NCBI GenBank assembly: GCA_963663765.2
Contig: CAXXUA010000003.1
Coordinates: 192,001 to 256,000 of the forward strand
Length of the DNA stretch: 64,000 nt
Direction: 5' to 3'
DNA from: Candidatus Poribacteria bacterium
GTDB taxonomy: Bacteria; Poribacteria; WGA-4E; WGA-3G
Part shown: in pieces, positions 9,961 to 19,892 of the stretch
Layout of the letters: every line of letters starts with the position of its first letter
Numbering within the stretch: position 1 is the first letter of the stretch
Made by a program: the position numbers and the translations under genes
Notes under the pieces: generated by a model
What the model was told of the DNA's origin: nothing
Database searches by the model: none
Seen by the model: only the letters and a program-made list of their open reading frames with translations

Positions 9961-11962
9961 AAAAATATTACTCTTACTCATGGTTTTGGTTATAGCAGTT
10001 GTTGGTGTCGTAGTCTTTTTTATCTCTCGTCCACAATCTGAAGAATTGCTTCCACAGACATTCGCTGAGCTGCCAGAAAAACCTAAACTCATTGCGATAT
10101 TTAATCACGCATCAGAAATTGATGATGACGCAAATAAACCAATAGATTTATTTCTTAGAGAGGTTTATTCTGTTTCGTTTTCTCCAGTAGATGCTTCTCT
10201 CATAGCGAGTGTCAATGGAGCCGGTAAAATAAAGTTATGGAACACAAATAACTCAAAAGAACCTATAAATATTTTAGATCATCCCGATAAATACCCCTCC
10301 ATCGGTTTCTCACCCACAGGTAAATTTCTCGTGAGTGCTAAATGGAAACTGATATTATGGGATGTTGCATCCGGCAAAAAAGTCAGTACCCTTGATACAT
10401 CTTACAATCAATTCGCTTTCTCTCCAGATGGACAACAACTTGCAACAGTTCCATTTAATGAAGTTAAACTCTGGGATATACGAAATCCAAAGAATATTGT
10501 TGAAATAGCCACCCTACCTTATGACGAGGCACATAAGGTGAAAGGTTGGGCATGTGCAGTTGACATTTCGTCCGATGGTAAATGGATCGCGGCGGGATAT
10601 TCACAAGGAACTATAAACGTATGGGATTTAAGGACCAAACAACTTGTCAAAACTTTAGAAACATCTTTTTATGAAATGGATTATCTAAAGTTTTCACCTA
10701 ACAACAAATATATGGTTAGTGGTGGTCATAAACAGGACATGTATAGTACTGCAAATCCGAAGGGTTACATTATGTGGGAAACGCCAAGTTGGCAACAGAA
10801 GGGCGAGGTACTACGCGGACATGTCGAAAATCTGGCATTCTCCCCTGATGGAAAGATATGTGTCAGTTCTAATGATCAATATGTTTCAGGAAGAGGTGGC
10901 GTAGAACTCTGGTCAACAACCAACGGTGCACCTATAACCTCATTACCAATAGGAGCTCGTGATGCTGCTTTTTCTAAAGATGGAAATCTACTCGTTGTTG
11001 GAGAAATATATGGTGCAGTCAGATTGTGGAAACTTACCCCGAAACATTTTGATCTAACCACAACACCTTCCGATATTGTACGAATAATCTACTGTCTGGC
11101 AAAAGATAAAGAGCCCCCACCAAATATCGTAGACAAAATTGATCGAACAATTAGAGATGTTCAAGATTTCTACGCAGATGAGATGGAACGCCACGGATTC
11201 GGCAGAAAAACATTTAAGTTTGAAACAGATGAAAATGGAAAAGCCAAGGTTTATCTTCTCAAAGAAAGTCAAACTGAAAAGTTTGACTTGTCAAACGATT
11301 GTTGGCTTGCCATTGAAGATGACACATCAGGTGTTTTCTCAAATTTTTATAAATTAATAAAAAAAGCAGGTATTAATGAGACTTTTCAGTACCCAGACAG
11401 TAGAACCATAAGAAGCAAAAATATTGAAGGATTTACCCATGGGAAACTTGTTTATGCCTCAGTTAAAGACCTAAAACGGAAACCACTTGCGTATGCTCTC
11501 AGAAATGGTTTAGGTTTACCATATATTCCATATAGACCTCATTCAAGACTTCTAAAAGATTTTCATTTCCTTATGCGTGATGTGATGTCGTGGAGAAAAA
11601 AGAAAGCAAAATTGTCCAAATGTGAAGCAGAATGGTTGGATAAGAGTCGTCACTTTAATCCAAACCAACCTTTCTTTGACAAACACCCTAAGATTGAGAT
11701 AGATATATCAAAACGAGATGCTTCAGGCTCACGGATTTTCCAATTTACGCTTGAAGATGAAGATGGTATACATCAAGCACAGTTGTTTATACCTATAGAT
11801 CCTAAAATGCAACGAGGAGGAGGTAAGAAACTTCACAATTGTCAAGCACTAAACGGAAAAAAGAAAGCAACTATTACATTCAAAATATCTAATCTCACAA
11901 CAGGGACTATTGTACTTCGCATGATTGATATGCATGGAAATATTGCATCACGAGAATTCTAA
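9950..11962 (+). CDS. Membrane-anchored WD40-repeat protein, array copy 6 (stop 9 codons early)
   Basis: Same architecture. Ends REF* with the conserved IEEKTDEK* codons still present downstream. Confidence 0.85.
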   Translation: MKNKKILLLLMVLVIAVVGVVVFFISRPQSEELLPQTFAELPEKPKLIAIFNHASEIDDDANKPIDLFLREVYSVSFSPVDASLIASVNGAGKIKLWNTNNSKEPINILDHPDKYPSIGFSPTGKFLVSAKWKLILWDVASGKKVSTLDTSYNQFAFSPDGQQLATVPFNEVKLWDIRNPKNIVEIATLPYDEAHKVKGWACAVDISSDGKWIAAGYSQGTINVWDLRTKQLVKTLETSFYEMDYLKFSPNNKYMVSGGHKQDMYSTANPKGYIMWETPSWQQKGEVLRGHVENLAFSPDGKICVSSNDQYVSGRGGVELWSTTNGAPITSLPIGARDAAFSKDGNLLVVGEIYGAVRLWKLTPKHFDLTTTPSDIVRIIYCLAKDKEPPPNIVDKIDRTIRDVQDFYADEMERHGFGRKTFKFETDENGKAKVYLLKESQTEKFDLSNDCWLAIEDDTSGVFSNFYKLIKKAGINETFQYPDSRTIRSKNIEGFTHGKLVYASVKDLKRKPLAYALRNGLGLPYIPYRPHSRLLKDFHFLMRDVMSWRKKKAKLSKCEAEWLDKSRHFNPNQPFFDKHPKIEIDISKRDASGSRIFQFTLEDEDGIHQAQLFIPIDPKMQRGGGKKLHNCQALNGKKKATITFKISNLTTGTIVLRMIDMHGNIASREF

Positions 11963-11978
11963 ATTGAGGAAAAAACGG

Positions 11979-14066
11979 ATGAAAAATAAAAAAATATTAC
12001 TCTTACTCATGGTTTTGGTTATAACAGTGGTTGGTGTTGCAGTCTTTTTCATCTCTCGTCCGCACCATGAGGAATTGCTTCCACAGACATTCGCGGAGCT
12101 GCCTGAAAAGCCTAAACTCATCGCGGAATTTCATCACGGTGCAACGCGTAATTCTGCAGCGATTTACCCAGATCGTTTTTCTCATGATGTGGCTTTAGCA
12201 ATTTATTCAATCGCATTTTCTCCAGTAGATTTCTCTCTGATAGCAAGTGTTAATGGAGCTGGCACTATAAAATTATGGAACATAAACAATACCAAAGAAT
12301 CTGTAAAGATCTTAGGTCATCCTGGAATATTTCCAAACATAGATTTTTCACCCACAGGTGAACTACTTGCAAGTGCTGGCTATGAAACACTTACAATATG
12401 GGATGTTGACTCTGGGAAAAAAATAAAATCTCCAATAACTGTCAGACGGCAGGTCGCTTTTACACCAGATGGCAACCATTTAGTAACAGTTCATAAGGGA
12501 GTAAAACTGTGGGATATTCGAAATCCAAAGAAAATTACGCAAATAGCCACTCTACCTTTTGACGAGGCACATAAGGTGAAAGGTTCGGCATGTGCAGTTG
12601 ACATTTCATCCGACGGTAAATGGATTGCTGTCGGATATTCCCAAGGAACTATAAACGTATGGGATTTAAAGACCAAACAATTTGTCAAAACATTAGAAAC
12701 ATCTTTTTTCAATATGGATTATCTAAAGTTTTCACCTAACGACAAATATATGGTAGCAGGAGGACTTGATTCGGAAGGGTATAGCAATCATTCTGTAAAG
12801 GGGTACATCATGTGGGAATTGCCAAGTTGGCAACGTAAGGGTGAAGTGCTTCGGGGAAATGTTGAGAATTTAGTGTTTTCTCCAGATGGGAAGATATGTG
12901 CTAGTGCGAATGACTATTCTGGTTACGGAAGAGGAGTAGAAATTTGGTCAACTGTGGACGGTGCACCAATTACATCGTTAAAAACTGAGGCAAAAACTGT
13001 TTCGTTTTCACAAGATGGGAAGCTACTCGCAACTGGGGATAGGGATGGTATCGTTCGAATGTGGGAACTCACACATACACAAGTGGATTTAGCTAACGAC
13101 AAGAATAATCTCGTGAGATTAATATACTTCCTTCCAACAGGTAAAGAACCGTCTCCAAACATTACACAAAAAATAGATAATACAATTAGGAGGGTTCAAA
13201 AGCACTACGCTGATGAGATGGAACGGCACGGATTCAGCAGAAAAACATTTAGGTTTGAGACAGATGAAAATGGCAAAGCAAAGATATATCGCATGTATGA
13301 AAATCATTTCAATAATCATGATTTTCAGTTGAACGATAGATGGATTATTTTTGTAGATGAACATACCGATTTACAGTCTGGTGGAAAAAACTTGTTAAAA
13401 CTTTACAGATCAGTTCCATATACAAATCCTTTTCGTCTTTTTGAAAATTCATTTAAATATCCTAATAAGGAGATGCGTCAGATTAACGGTGTCTTAGGTA
13501 AAGGCAGGTTGGTCCGCGCAAAAAAGAAGGACTTTAATTGGAAATTGATAGCATACTCACTTAAGCATAAGTTTGACGTATTACATCGGGAACATCATTT
13601 ACCTAAGTATGAACCCAACGCTATTAAAAGGGTTTTCAAGGGTATTAACAAGATGATGCCATGGGGTGAAGATTGGGTGAAATTATCCAAATGTGAAGCA
13701 GAATGGCTGGATAAGAGTCGTTTCTTCAACCCAAACCAACCTTTCTTTGATAAACGACCAGATGTTGAAATGAACATAATAAAAACTGATACTGGTTCAC
13801 AAAAATTCCAGTTAACTGCATCTGATGATGATGGAATACATCAACTTCAACTGTTTGTCACTGAGAAATCAGAAAAACACTATAGGTTATACAAACTTCA
13901 AGGGTGTCAAGCACTAAACGGTAAAAGGAATGCAGACATTGAATTCGAAATATCTGATTCTAAAATAACAGGGGGTGAAATTCGAATGATGGACATGTAT
14001 GGAAACATTGCATCACGAGAATTCAATATTGAGGAGTTCACATCAGAACCAGATAAAGAACAGTAG
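11979..14066 (+). CDS. Membrane-anchored WD40-repeat protein, array copy 7 (last)
   Basis: Same architecture, with a distinct C-terminus FTSEPDKEQ. Confidence 0.85.
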   Translation: MKNKKILLLLMVLVITVVGVAVFFISRPHHEELLPQTFAELPEKPKLIAEFHHGATRNSAAIYPDRFSHDVALAIYSIAFSPVDFSLIASVNGAGTIKLWNINNTKESVKILGHPGIFPNIDFSPTGELLASAGYETLTIWDVDSGKKIKSPITVRRQVAFTPDGNHLVTVHKGVKLWDIRNPKKITQIATLPFDEAHKVKGSACAVDISSDGKWIAVGYSQGTINVWDLKTKQFVKTLETSFFNMDYLKFSPNDKYMVAGGLDSEGYSNHSVKGYIMWELPSWQRKGEVLRGNVENLVFSPDGKICASANDYSGYGRGVEIWSTVDGAPITSLKTEAKTVSFSQDGKLLATGDRDGIVRMWELTHTQVDLANDKNNLVRLIYFLPTGKEPSPNITQKIDNTIRRVQKHYADEMERHGFSRKTFRFETDENGKAKIYRMYENHFNNHDFQLNDRWIIFVDEHTDLQSGGKNLLKLYRSVPYTNPFRLFENSFKYPNKEMRQINGVLGKGRLVRAKKKDFNWKLIAYSLKHKFDVLHREHHLPKYEPNAIKRVFKGINKMMPWGEDWVKLSKCEAEWLDKSRFFNPNQPFFDKRPDVEMNIIKTDTGSQKFQLTASDDDGIHQLQLFVTEKSEKHYRLYKLQGCQALNGKRNADIEFEISDSKITGGEIRMMDMYGNIASREFNIEEFTSEPDKEQ

Positions 14067-14088
14067 AACACACAAGAAAGGAGAACAG

Positions 14089-14601
14089 ATGTCCAAAAAA
14101 GTAGCAATCTTCCCTGCAAGTTTTGACCCAATCACACTCGGTCATGTGGATTTGATTGATAGGGTCTGCAAACTTGACGTTTTTGATGAACTCATCGTCG
14201 TTATCGGTGTGAACCCAGCAAAACAGGAACGATTCACGATTGAAGAACGTATCCAGATGCTTGAAGAGGTTATCAAACCCTATCCGAAAGCCACTATTGA
14301 GGGAGATGCTGGGTTGATGGTGCATTATGCGCAAACACGCGGGGCATGTGTCATCATTCGCGGACTACGCGAAATCTCTGACTTTGAATGGGAATTCAAA
14401 ATGGCACGGATGAATCAGCAAATTGCACCAGAGATTGATACGCTCTTTATGGTCGCTAACAAACAATACGCACATATTAGCTCAACGCTTGTGATGGAGG
14501 TCGTTGAAATGGGACAGGGCAAGTTAAGTGAAGAGAAGTTGTTAGAAATGGTACCACCCGTTGTCGTTGAATTTATCAAGCAGAAGTTTCATGTGCAGTA
14601 A
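14089..14601 (+). CDS. coaD: Pantetheine-phosphate adenylyltransferase
   Basis: AIFPASFDPITLGH, IIRGLR..SDFEWE and ISST motifs. AAGGAG RBS before the ATG at 14089. Confidence 0.93.
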   Translation: MSKKVAIFPASFDPITLGHVDLIDRVCKLDVFDELIVVIGVNPAKQERFTIEERIQMLEEVIKPYPKATIEGDAGLMVHYAQTRGACVIIRGLREISDFEWEFKMARMNQQIAPEIDTLFMVANKQYAHISSTLVMEVVEMGQGKLSEEKLLEMVPPVVVEFIKQKFHVQ

Positions 14602-14640
14602 ATGTAGACACGGTTGAACAGCGTCTACAAAATTGGATAT

Positions 14641-17004
14641 TTAGAACCTATAGTCTAAACTAATACTTGTGTTGAATCCCGGGGAATTCACACCTGACCC
14701 GTGTACACGGTAGCGGCGATCAAATAGATTTTCAAATGCTAATGTCAAACGAGTGTACTCTTGAAGTTTTATTCCTGTCCGCACATTGAACGTCCACCAT
14801 CCAGGTGTGCCAGCATCCACTGCAGCACCGTTGCCACCAAATTCTACTTCCGCAGGATCACGCGTCGATCCTTGAATCCGTGGGTCACGAATGTCGCTTC
14901 GGTTCAATCGTCTTTGTTCTGCGGCAGCACGTACAAACAGTGTTATCCAATAGTTTGTTTTCACAGGTTCCCACTGAACACCTACAATCCCATTCAACGG
15001 AGGTTCTCTACGTGTCCTTGCTTCCCAAGGTTTCTCTGGATCTGGTTCTACACCGTTAATCAGCAATACCTCCCCACGCAGCAAGGCAGCATTTCCATAA
15101 ATTGACCACGCAGAATCAATCGGAATGAACCCAGCTAATTCAACACCTTGAAACTGTGCTTCATCAACATTGTCAAACACAAGCACATCAATCCCTTCGT
15201 ATTCATTGATAAGGTCTTGATGGAATTGCGGAATCTCACCATCTTCATAAGCCTCTTGAACAGTTCTTCGTGCAACTAAACCGTTCACCCGACTATGGAA
15301 TAACGTTAGTGTACCGCGAAAGTGTGAATGTCTAACCTTGAGTCCACCCTCAACAGTCCACGAAGTCTCTGGATCAAGGTCAGGACTGGGTGCGGTAACA
15401 CCTTCGTTAGTGACTTCAACTGCTGTCGTATCATTCAGCGAGGGTGCGCGAAACGCTGTACCGATATTACCAACAAGGTTCAACGAATCAGTCAAACCAA
15501 CAACAACCCCTGCACTTCCTGTCAAACTGCTGTCAAATTCGTTGAATTCTTCAAAATCTTCAGTGCGTATGGAAAGGTCCGCATTGGTCTGATAAAGTGT
15601 TGCGCGCCCACCGAGTGTCAATTCTACTCTATCATGTAAAGTAATTTCATCTTGTAGATACAGACTCGCATCCCAGAATTGTGAACCGTCGATAAAACGT
15701 CCAATATCTGTATTAACAGTTTCGTTCCCCAGCGCATCAGTTCGGACGGTATGACTCTGCAGTATATCCAAGTAGAATTCACCACCGCCGACAATACGTT
15801 GCCGAGGCAACACAGAACTAACCGCTTGTGCACTTACGCCGATAGTATTTACAGTATCGTTTCTATGTCTACGATTTTCCGAATCCTGCAGAACTTCGTT
15901 GCGTCCCTCTTCTTGTCTGTGATAAGAGGCAGTCATACGAAACTGGTCAATAGTATCACCATCAGGATTAGTCAGATAGTTGACATAAAAGAGGTCCCGA
16001 TTTTGCGGTTCAAAAAAGAATTCGTCAAACTCCTGTGGTGCAATTTTATCATAGCGAGGTGTCTGCGGTTGTCGCCACAACTGATAAGCCACACTAAGAG
16101 TGCTATTATCGTTGAGTAGATACGCAATTTTCGCATCGGCATCGTAGGCACGCCAACTCAATGGACCTTCATCATCAATCAGCCATTGATCCGGAATATC
16201 TTCCTGAATCAACCTATCAATCTCATTGTAGTTATAGAGATCCACATCAAACGGTTTTTCACTCACGATTTCATATTTCCGATTTTTGTAGTGTAGGTCA
16301 TATCCTCTTCCAGCATTTATATCGCCATAATGCCGCACACCGCCGCCGACACTGAATCCAAACTGCTTTTTGCTACCTGCAATCTCTAACCTACCGAGTC
16401 GTTCCTCTGTCGCAGTCGTGAAGCGAGAAAATAAACGTGGGTGAATCTCCCAGTTTTCTTGTAATGGGTTGAGCATTATGTCCTTCGTAAAGAAACTGAC
16501 AACTCCCCCCATCGCACCGCTTCCATACAACATAGAACTTGAACCGAGAAGCACCTCTGCGCGATCTATTATTTCTGGGGCGATGGTCGCTGTATACTGA
16601 TTCGGTCCGGATCGGAACGTTGAATTATTTAGTCGGACCCAGTCAACCTGTATCAACGTCTGGTAACCGGTTAGACTACGTAGCATCGGGGAACCTTGTC
16701 CGACTGTCGTCTCTTGTGCAATAACACCAACAACATCACGCAACAGGTTAGAACCGTGTTCTGCGTTTGACCGTTCAAGTTGCTTTAGATTTAGAACGCT
16801 GATAGCGTTTGGTGTTCTAAAAGTATCTTTTTCTACACGAGTGGCTGTCACTGTCACCTCTGGCAGTTCCACGACCTTTTCTTCACTGAGTTCCTGATTG
16901 TCAGTATGGTTATCCGCACACACAATCGCAATCCAGCTCGAAAATAAACCGAAACTTATAACCAAAAATAGATAAACAACTTTTTGCATTAAGATATTCT
17001 CCAT
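14641..17004 (-). CDS. TonB-dependent outer-membrane receptor
   Basis: Signal peptide, TonB box-like EVTVTATR, plug motif GSSSMLYGSGAMGGVV, C-terminal NLFDRRY...DYRF. Confidence 0.9.
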   Translation of the reverse strand: MENILMQKVVYLFLVISFGLFSSWIAIVCADNHTDNQELSEEKVVELPEVTVTATRVEKDTFRTPNAISVLNLKQLERSNAEHGSNLLRDVVGVIAQETTVGQGSPMLRSLTGYQTLIQVDWVRLNNSTFRSGPNQYTATIAPEIIDRAEVLLGSSSMLYGSGAMGGVVSFFTKDIMLNPLQENWEIHPRLFSRFTTATEERLGRLEIAGSKKQFGFSVGGGVRHYGDINAGRGYDLHYKNRKYEIVSEKPFDVDLYNYNEIDRLIQEDIPDQWLIDDEGPLSWRAYDADAKIAYLLNDNSTLSVAYQLWRQPQTPRYDKIAPQEFDEFFFEPQNRDLFYVNYLTNPDGDTIDQFRMTASYHRQEEGRNEVLQDSENRRHRNDTVNTIGVSAQAVSSVLPRQRIVGGGEFYLDILQSHTVRTDALGNETVNTDIGRFIDGSQFWDASLYLQDEITLHDRVELTLGGRATLYQTNADLSIRTEDFEEFNEFDSSLTGSAGVVVGLTDSLNLVGNIGTAFRAPSLNDTTAVEVTNEGVTAPSPDLDPETSWTVEGGLKVRHSHFRGTLTLFHSRVNGLVARRTVQEAYEDGEIPQFHQDLINEYEGIDVLVFDNVDEAQFQGVELAGFIPIDSAWSIYGNAALLRGEVLLINGVEPDPEKPWEARTRREPPLNGIVGVQWEPVKTNYWITLFVRAAAEQRRLNRSDIRDPRIQGSTRDPAEVEFGGNGAAVDAGTPGWWTFNVRTGIKLQEYTRLTLAFENLFDRRYRVHGSGVNSPGFNTSISLDYRF

Positions 17005-17075
17005 TAGGACGATAAGTCATGCATTTATTACAAGTGTCGGGAAAGGATAATATTCTATCCTATTTCACCATACTA

Positions 17076-17091
17076 TGCAAATTATATGCCA
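17076..17091 (-). promoter_or_regulatory. Putative sigma-54 (-24/-12) promoter for the TonB receptor gene
   Basis: Minus strand reads TGGCATATAATTTGCA, a GG-N10-GC match to the TGGCAC-N5-TTGCW consensus, about 70 bp upstream of the CDS. Confidence 0.65.
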
Positions 17092-17127
17092 ATAAAATCT
17101 GCAAAATGTTAGTGTTTTTCACACTTT

Positions 17128-17168
17128 CCTGTCATAATATAGACAGGACTGTTCAATTGTTGAACAGT
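17128..17168. promoter_or_regulatory. Two adjacent dyads, candidate activator or regulator binding sites
   Basis: CCTGTC-N8-GACAGG (TGT-N10-ACA) and ACTGTTCAA-TTG-TTGAACAGT. Confidence 0.45.
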
Positions 17169-17280
17169 AAGATATTTGGAACAGATAAATCCCTATCCGT
17201 TCAAACCGAAAAATTAATCACTTGCATTTTGTGATTGGTCGTGGTAACTTAAAACAAAAAGAATTGAATGAGGAACATTT

Positions 17281-18282
17281 ATGGCGAAACAGAAATTAAC
17301 ATTTGGATTTATCGGGTGTGGCGGAAATTCACGTGGACACGGACGTAGTGTCTCTGGTGTTGACAATGTAGAGATCGTGGCACTTGCAGACCCAAGCGAA
17401 AACGCGCTCAAAGCATTCAAGGAAACCGTCGGTTTAGACAATTCCATACCTACATACTCTGACCACGTTGAAATGTTAACCGAAGCAAAACCCGATGCTG
17501 TTGTCATCAGTTCACCGCACGGATTGCATTTCGATCATATCATGTCTGCACTTGATGCTGGCTGCCATGTGCATACCGAGAAACCGATGGTCTGCACGGT
17601 TGATCACGCAAAACAGGTAATAGCAAAAGTAGAAGAAACAGGTTTACATCTCATGATTGGCTACCAACGCCATTTGAGTCCTACCTATCAATACTGTCGT
17701 AATGTCGTCCAAAGTGGAGAACTTGGAAAAGTCAACTTTGTTGCTGCACATCAATCACAGAATTGGTATCGGAATCAGCAAGGTAAGTGGCGACAAGATC
17801 CATTCCTCGGCGGGGGTGGACAATTAAACGACTCTGGCAGCCATCTTATTGACATCCTCTTATGGGTGTTAGAAGCAAGTCCAGACACTGTCTATGCGAT
17901 GATAGACAACTTAGACATTGAGGTAGATGTACTCACTGCAATGTCCATCAAATTTGACACGGGTGCATTGTGCAATATCAGTATCGTTGGACACGCACAC
18001 GGTGGGGTTCAAGAAGACTTTTCCATCTGGATGGAGGACGGTGCACTATTTCTTCGCGCTGGAAAGTTGTACCGACAAGGAAAGGTTGGCAGACCGGAAC
18101 AGGTTGATGACGTTGAACTACCCAAAGGCGGAAACAAAGACGTTGCTTTTATTGAACTCATAAGGGGTGAACGAACAGAGAATCCAATCGGTGTTGAAAA
18201 CGGACTACGTGTCATTCAGTTAACAGAAGCTGCTTGGCAATCCGCTGACCTTGGAAGTCCTGTTAAAGTTGATCTCAGTTGA
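17281..18282 (+). CDS. Gfo/Idh/MocA family oxidoreductase
   Basis: GFIGCG Rossmann motif, EKPM motif, GGGQLNDSGSH. Confidence 0.9.
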   Translation: MAKQKLTFGFIGCGGNSRGHGRSVSGVDNVEIVALADPSENALKAFKETVGLDNSIPTYSDHVEMLTEAKPDAVVISSPHGLHFDHIMSALDAGCHVHTEKPMVCTVDHAKQVIAKVEETGLHLMIGYQRHLSPTYQYCRNVVQSGELGKVNFVAAHQSQNWYRNQQGKWRQDPFLGGGGQLNDSGSHLIDILLWVLEASPDTVYAMIDNLDIEVDVLTAMSIKFDTGALCNISIVGHAHGGVQEDFSIWMEDGALFLRAGKLYRQGKVGRPEQVDDVELPKGGNKDVAFIELIRGERTENPIGVENGLRVIQLTEAAWQSADLGSPVKVDLS

Positions 18283-18345
18283 ATTTATACCAAAGACAAC
18301 AAGCATCAATTTATAAGTTGAATCTGCAATCACTGGAGAATCCAA

Positions 18346-19119
18346 TTGCTTGATGTCCAAAACCTCTGCAAATCCATTGACAAACAGCCGTTTTTCACAG
18401 AACTCACGTTTCAGGTGGCAGCGGGACAATCGCTTATCTTACTCGGCAAAAACGGCGCGGGGAAAACACTTCTGCTAAACATCTTGGCAACCTTGGTTGA
18501 ACCGACATCAGGCTCTGTGCATATTGGTGGAATAGATGCATTCTCAAACTTGAAACAGGTACGACCACAAATCGGCTATATACCGATTGACTTTGAAGGA
18601 TACCCAGAGTTGTCTGTCGTTGACTATCTCAATTTTTTCGCTGCTGCATATAAATTAGAGAAACAGGAACGCACTGCGACAATTGATGCTGTGCTTGAAT
18701 TAATGGACATTCAGCATCTTAGGGACATCAGAATTGGTTCGTTGTCAACAGGCGAACGTCAACGTCTGTTATTTGCAAAAACCTTTCTTCACGAACCACT
18801 GCTGTGGTTGCTTGATGAACCGTTAGCACCACTTGACCCACGCGGGCAAATTGAGATGGTAGAATTGATCGGGGAACTTCAGGCAATGGGGAAAACGCTT
18901 GTCCTTGCAACTAATCGCTTGGAAGATGTGTATAAACTGTGTGATATGGGTTCAGGTAATTCACAAAAAAATAATCTCGTAGGAATTCTCAAAGATGGAC
19001 AGTTCGCTGTTTTGAATACTTTTACCCAGTTACAGCAAAATATAAAAGATTCAAAAAATTCAGAGGATATTCAATCAAACTGGCTTTTTGAACACTATAT
19101 GGAGGTTACAAAAACGTAA
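18346..19119 (+). CDS. ABC transporter ATP-binding protein
   Basis: Walker A GKNGAGKT, signature LSTGERQR, Walker B LLDEP. TTG start. Confidence 0.88.
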   Translation: MLDVQNLCKSIDKQPFFTELTFQVAAGQSLILLGKNGAGKTLLLNILATLVEPTSGSVHIGGIDAFSNLKQVRPQIGYIPIDFEGYPELSVVDYLNFFAAAYKLEKQERTATIDAVLELMDIQHLRDIRIGSLSTGERQRLLFAKTFLHEPLLWLLDEPLAPLDPRGQIEMVELIGELQAMGKTLVLATNRLEDVYKLCDMGSGNSQKNNLVGILKDGQFAVLNTFTQLQQNIKDSKNSEDIQSNWLFEHYMEVTKT

Positions 19120-19892
19120 TGTCAGAAATCGGTAATTTCTTTCAGGAGAACGGCTACTATTTTGCAAAGGGTGTTTATTCACCCGAAGCGGTCAAACTCA
19201 TGGAGCACGCATTTGATCGTGCTGTAGACCAGTTGGTAAAAAGCGATGAGAACATAAATGCACGCTGGGGTGGTAGTTTGATGGACGCTCTGGATGGAGG
19301 GGAATCTATTGTTATCCATACACACAATATACAAAGTTTTTCTGGTGTGTGGATGCAGGCATTTGTGCACGACAAGTTTCTTGACATCACAGAAGAGATC
19401 CTTGGACCAGATATTATGCTTCACCATTCCAAACTTTTCTGCAAACCACCAGAGAAAGGTTCACCCTTTCCGATGCATCAGGATTGGCAATACTTCCCAT
19501 CAGTCAAAGATACGATGATTGCCGCCATCATATATGTATCTGATGCAACAGATGAAATGGGATGTGTCCGTGTATATCCCGGTTCACACAAGGAACTCGG
19601 ACGAACTGATGGCATGATGGGTGGCGGACAGAACGAAGAAATGACAAAACGTTACCCAATTGAGAAAGCCACAGTGTTAGAAGCAGAAGCAGGAGATGTG
19701 CTTTTCTTTAGTTACTTCACACTACACGGTTCAATGCCGAACCGTTCTAACAAAACGCGCAAGAGTGTACTTGTCCAGATGCATGCAGGTGACGATCAGA
19801 TTGAGGGTGAAAATCGGCACACCAACGTGCAATTAGTACTTCGGGGTTGGAATCATTTCGCTACCCGTTCTTCTGTCGGTAGAATTAGATGA
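19119..19892 (+). CDS. Phytanoyl-CoA dioxygenase (PhyH) family Fe(II)/2OG dioxygenase
   Basis: MHQD (HxD) motif, PGSH, GDVLFF...LHGS.N.S...R. Confidence 0.9.
   Translation: MSEIGNFFQENGYYFAKGVYSPEAVKLMEHAFDRAVDQLVKSDENINARWGGSLMDALDGGESIVIHTHNIQSFSGVWMQAFVHDKFLDITEEILGPDIMLHHSKLFCKPPEKGSPFPMHQDWQYFPSVKDTMIAAIIYVSDATDEMGCVRVYPGSHKELGRTDGMMGGGQNEEMTKRYPIEKATVLEAEAGDVLFFSYFTLHGSMPNRSNKTRKSVLVQMHAGDDQIEGENRHTNVQLVLRGWNHFATRSSVGRIR

Noticed and set aside
11960-11962. Stop-codon reassignment or readthrough at the TAA in copy 6
   Set aside because: TAA terminates many other genes in the window normally, so a single nonsense change is the simpler explanation.
1-14066. Diversity-generating retroelement or shufflon acting on the WD40 array
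   Set aside because: No reverse transcriptase or invertase is in the window, I see no template/variable repeat pair with adenine-specific mismatches, and all copies are full genes on one strand.
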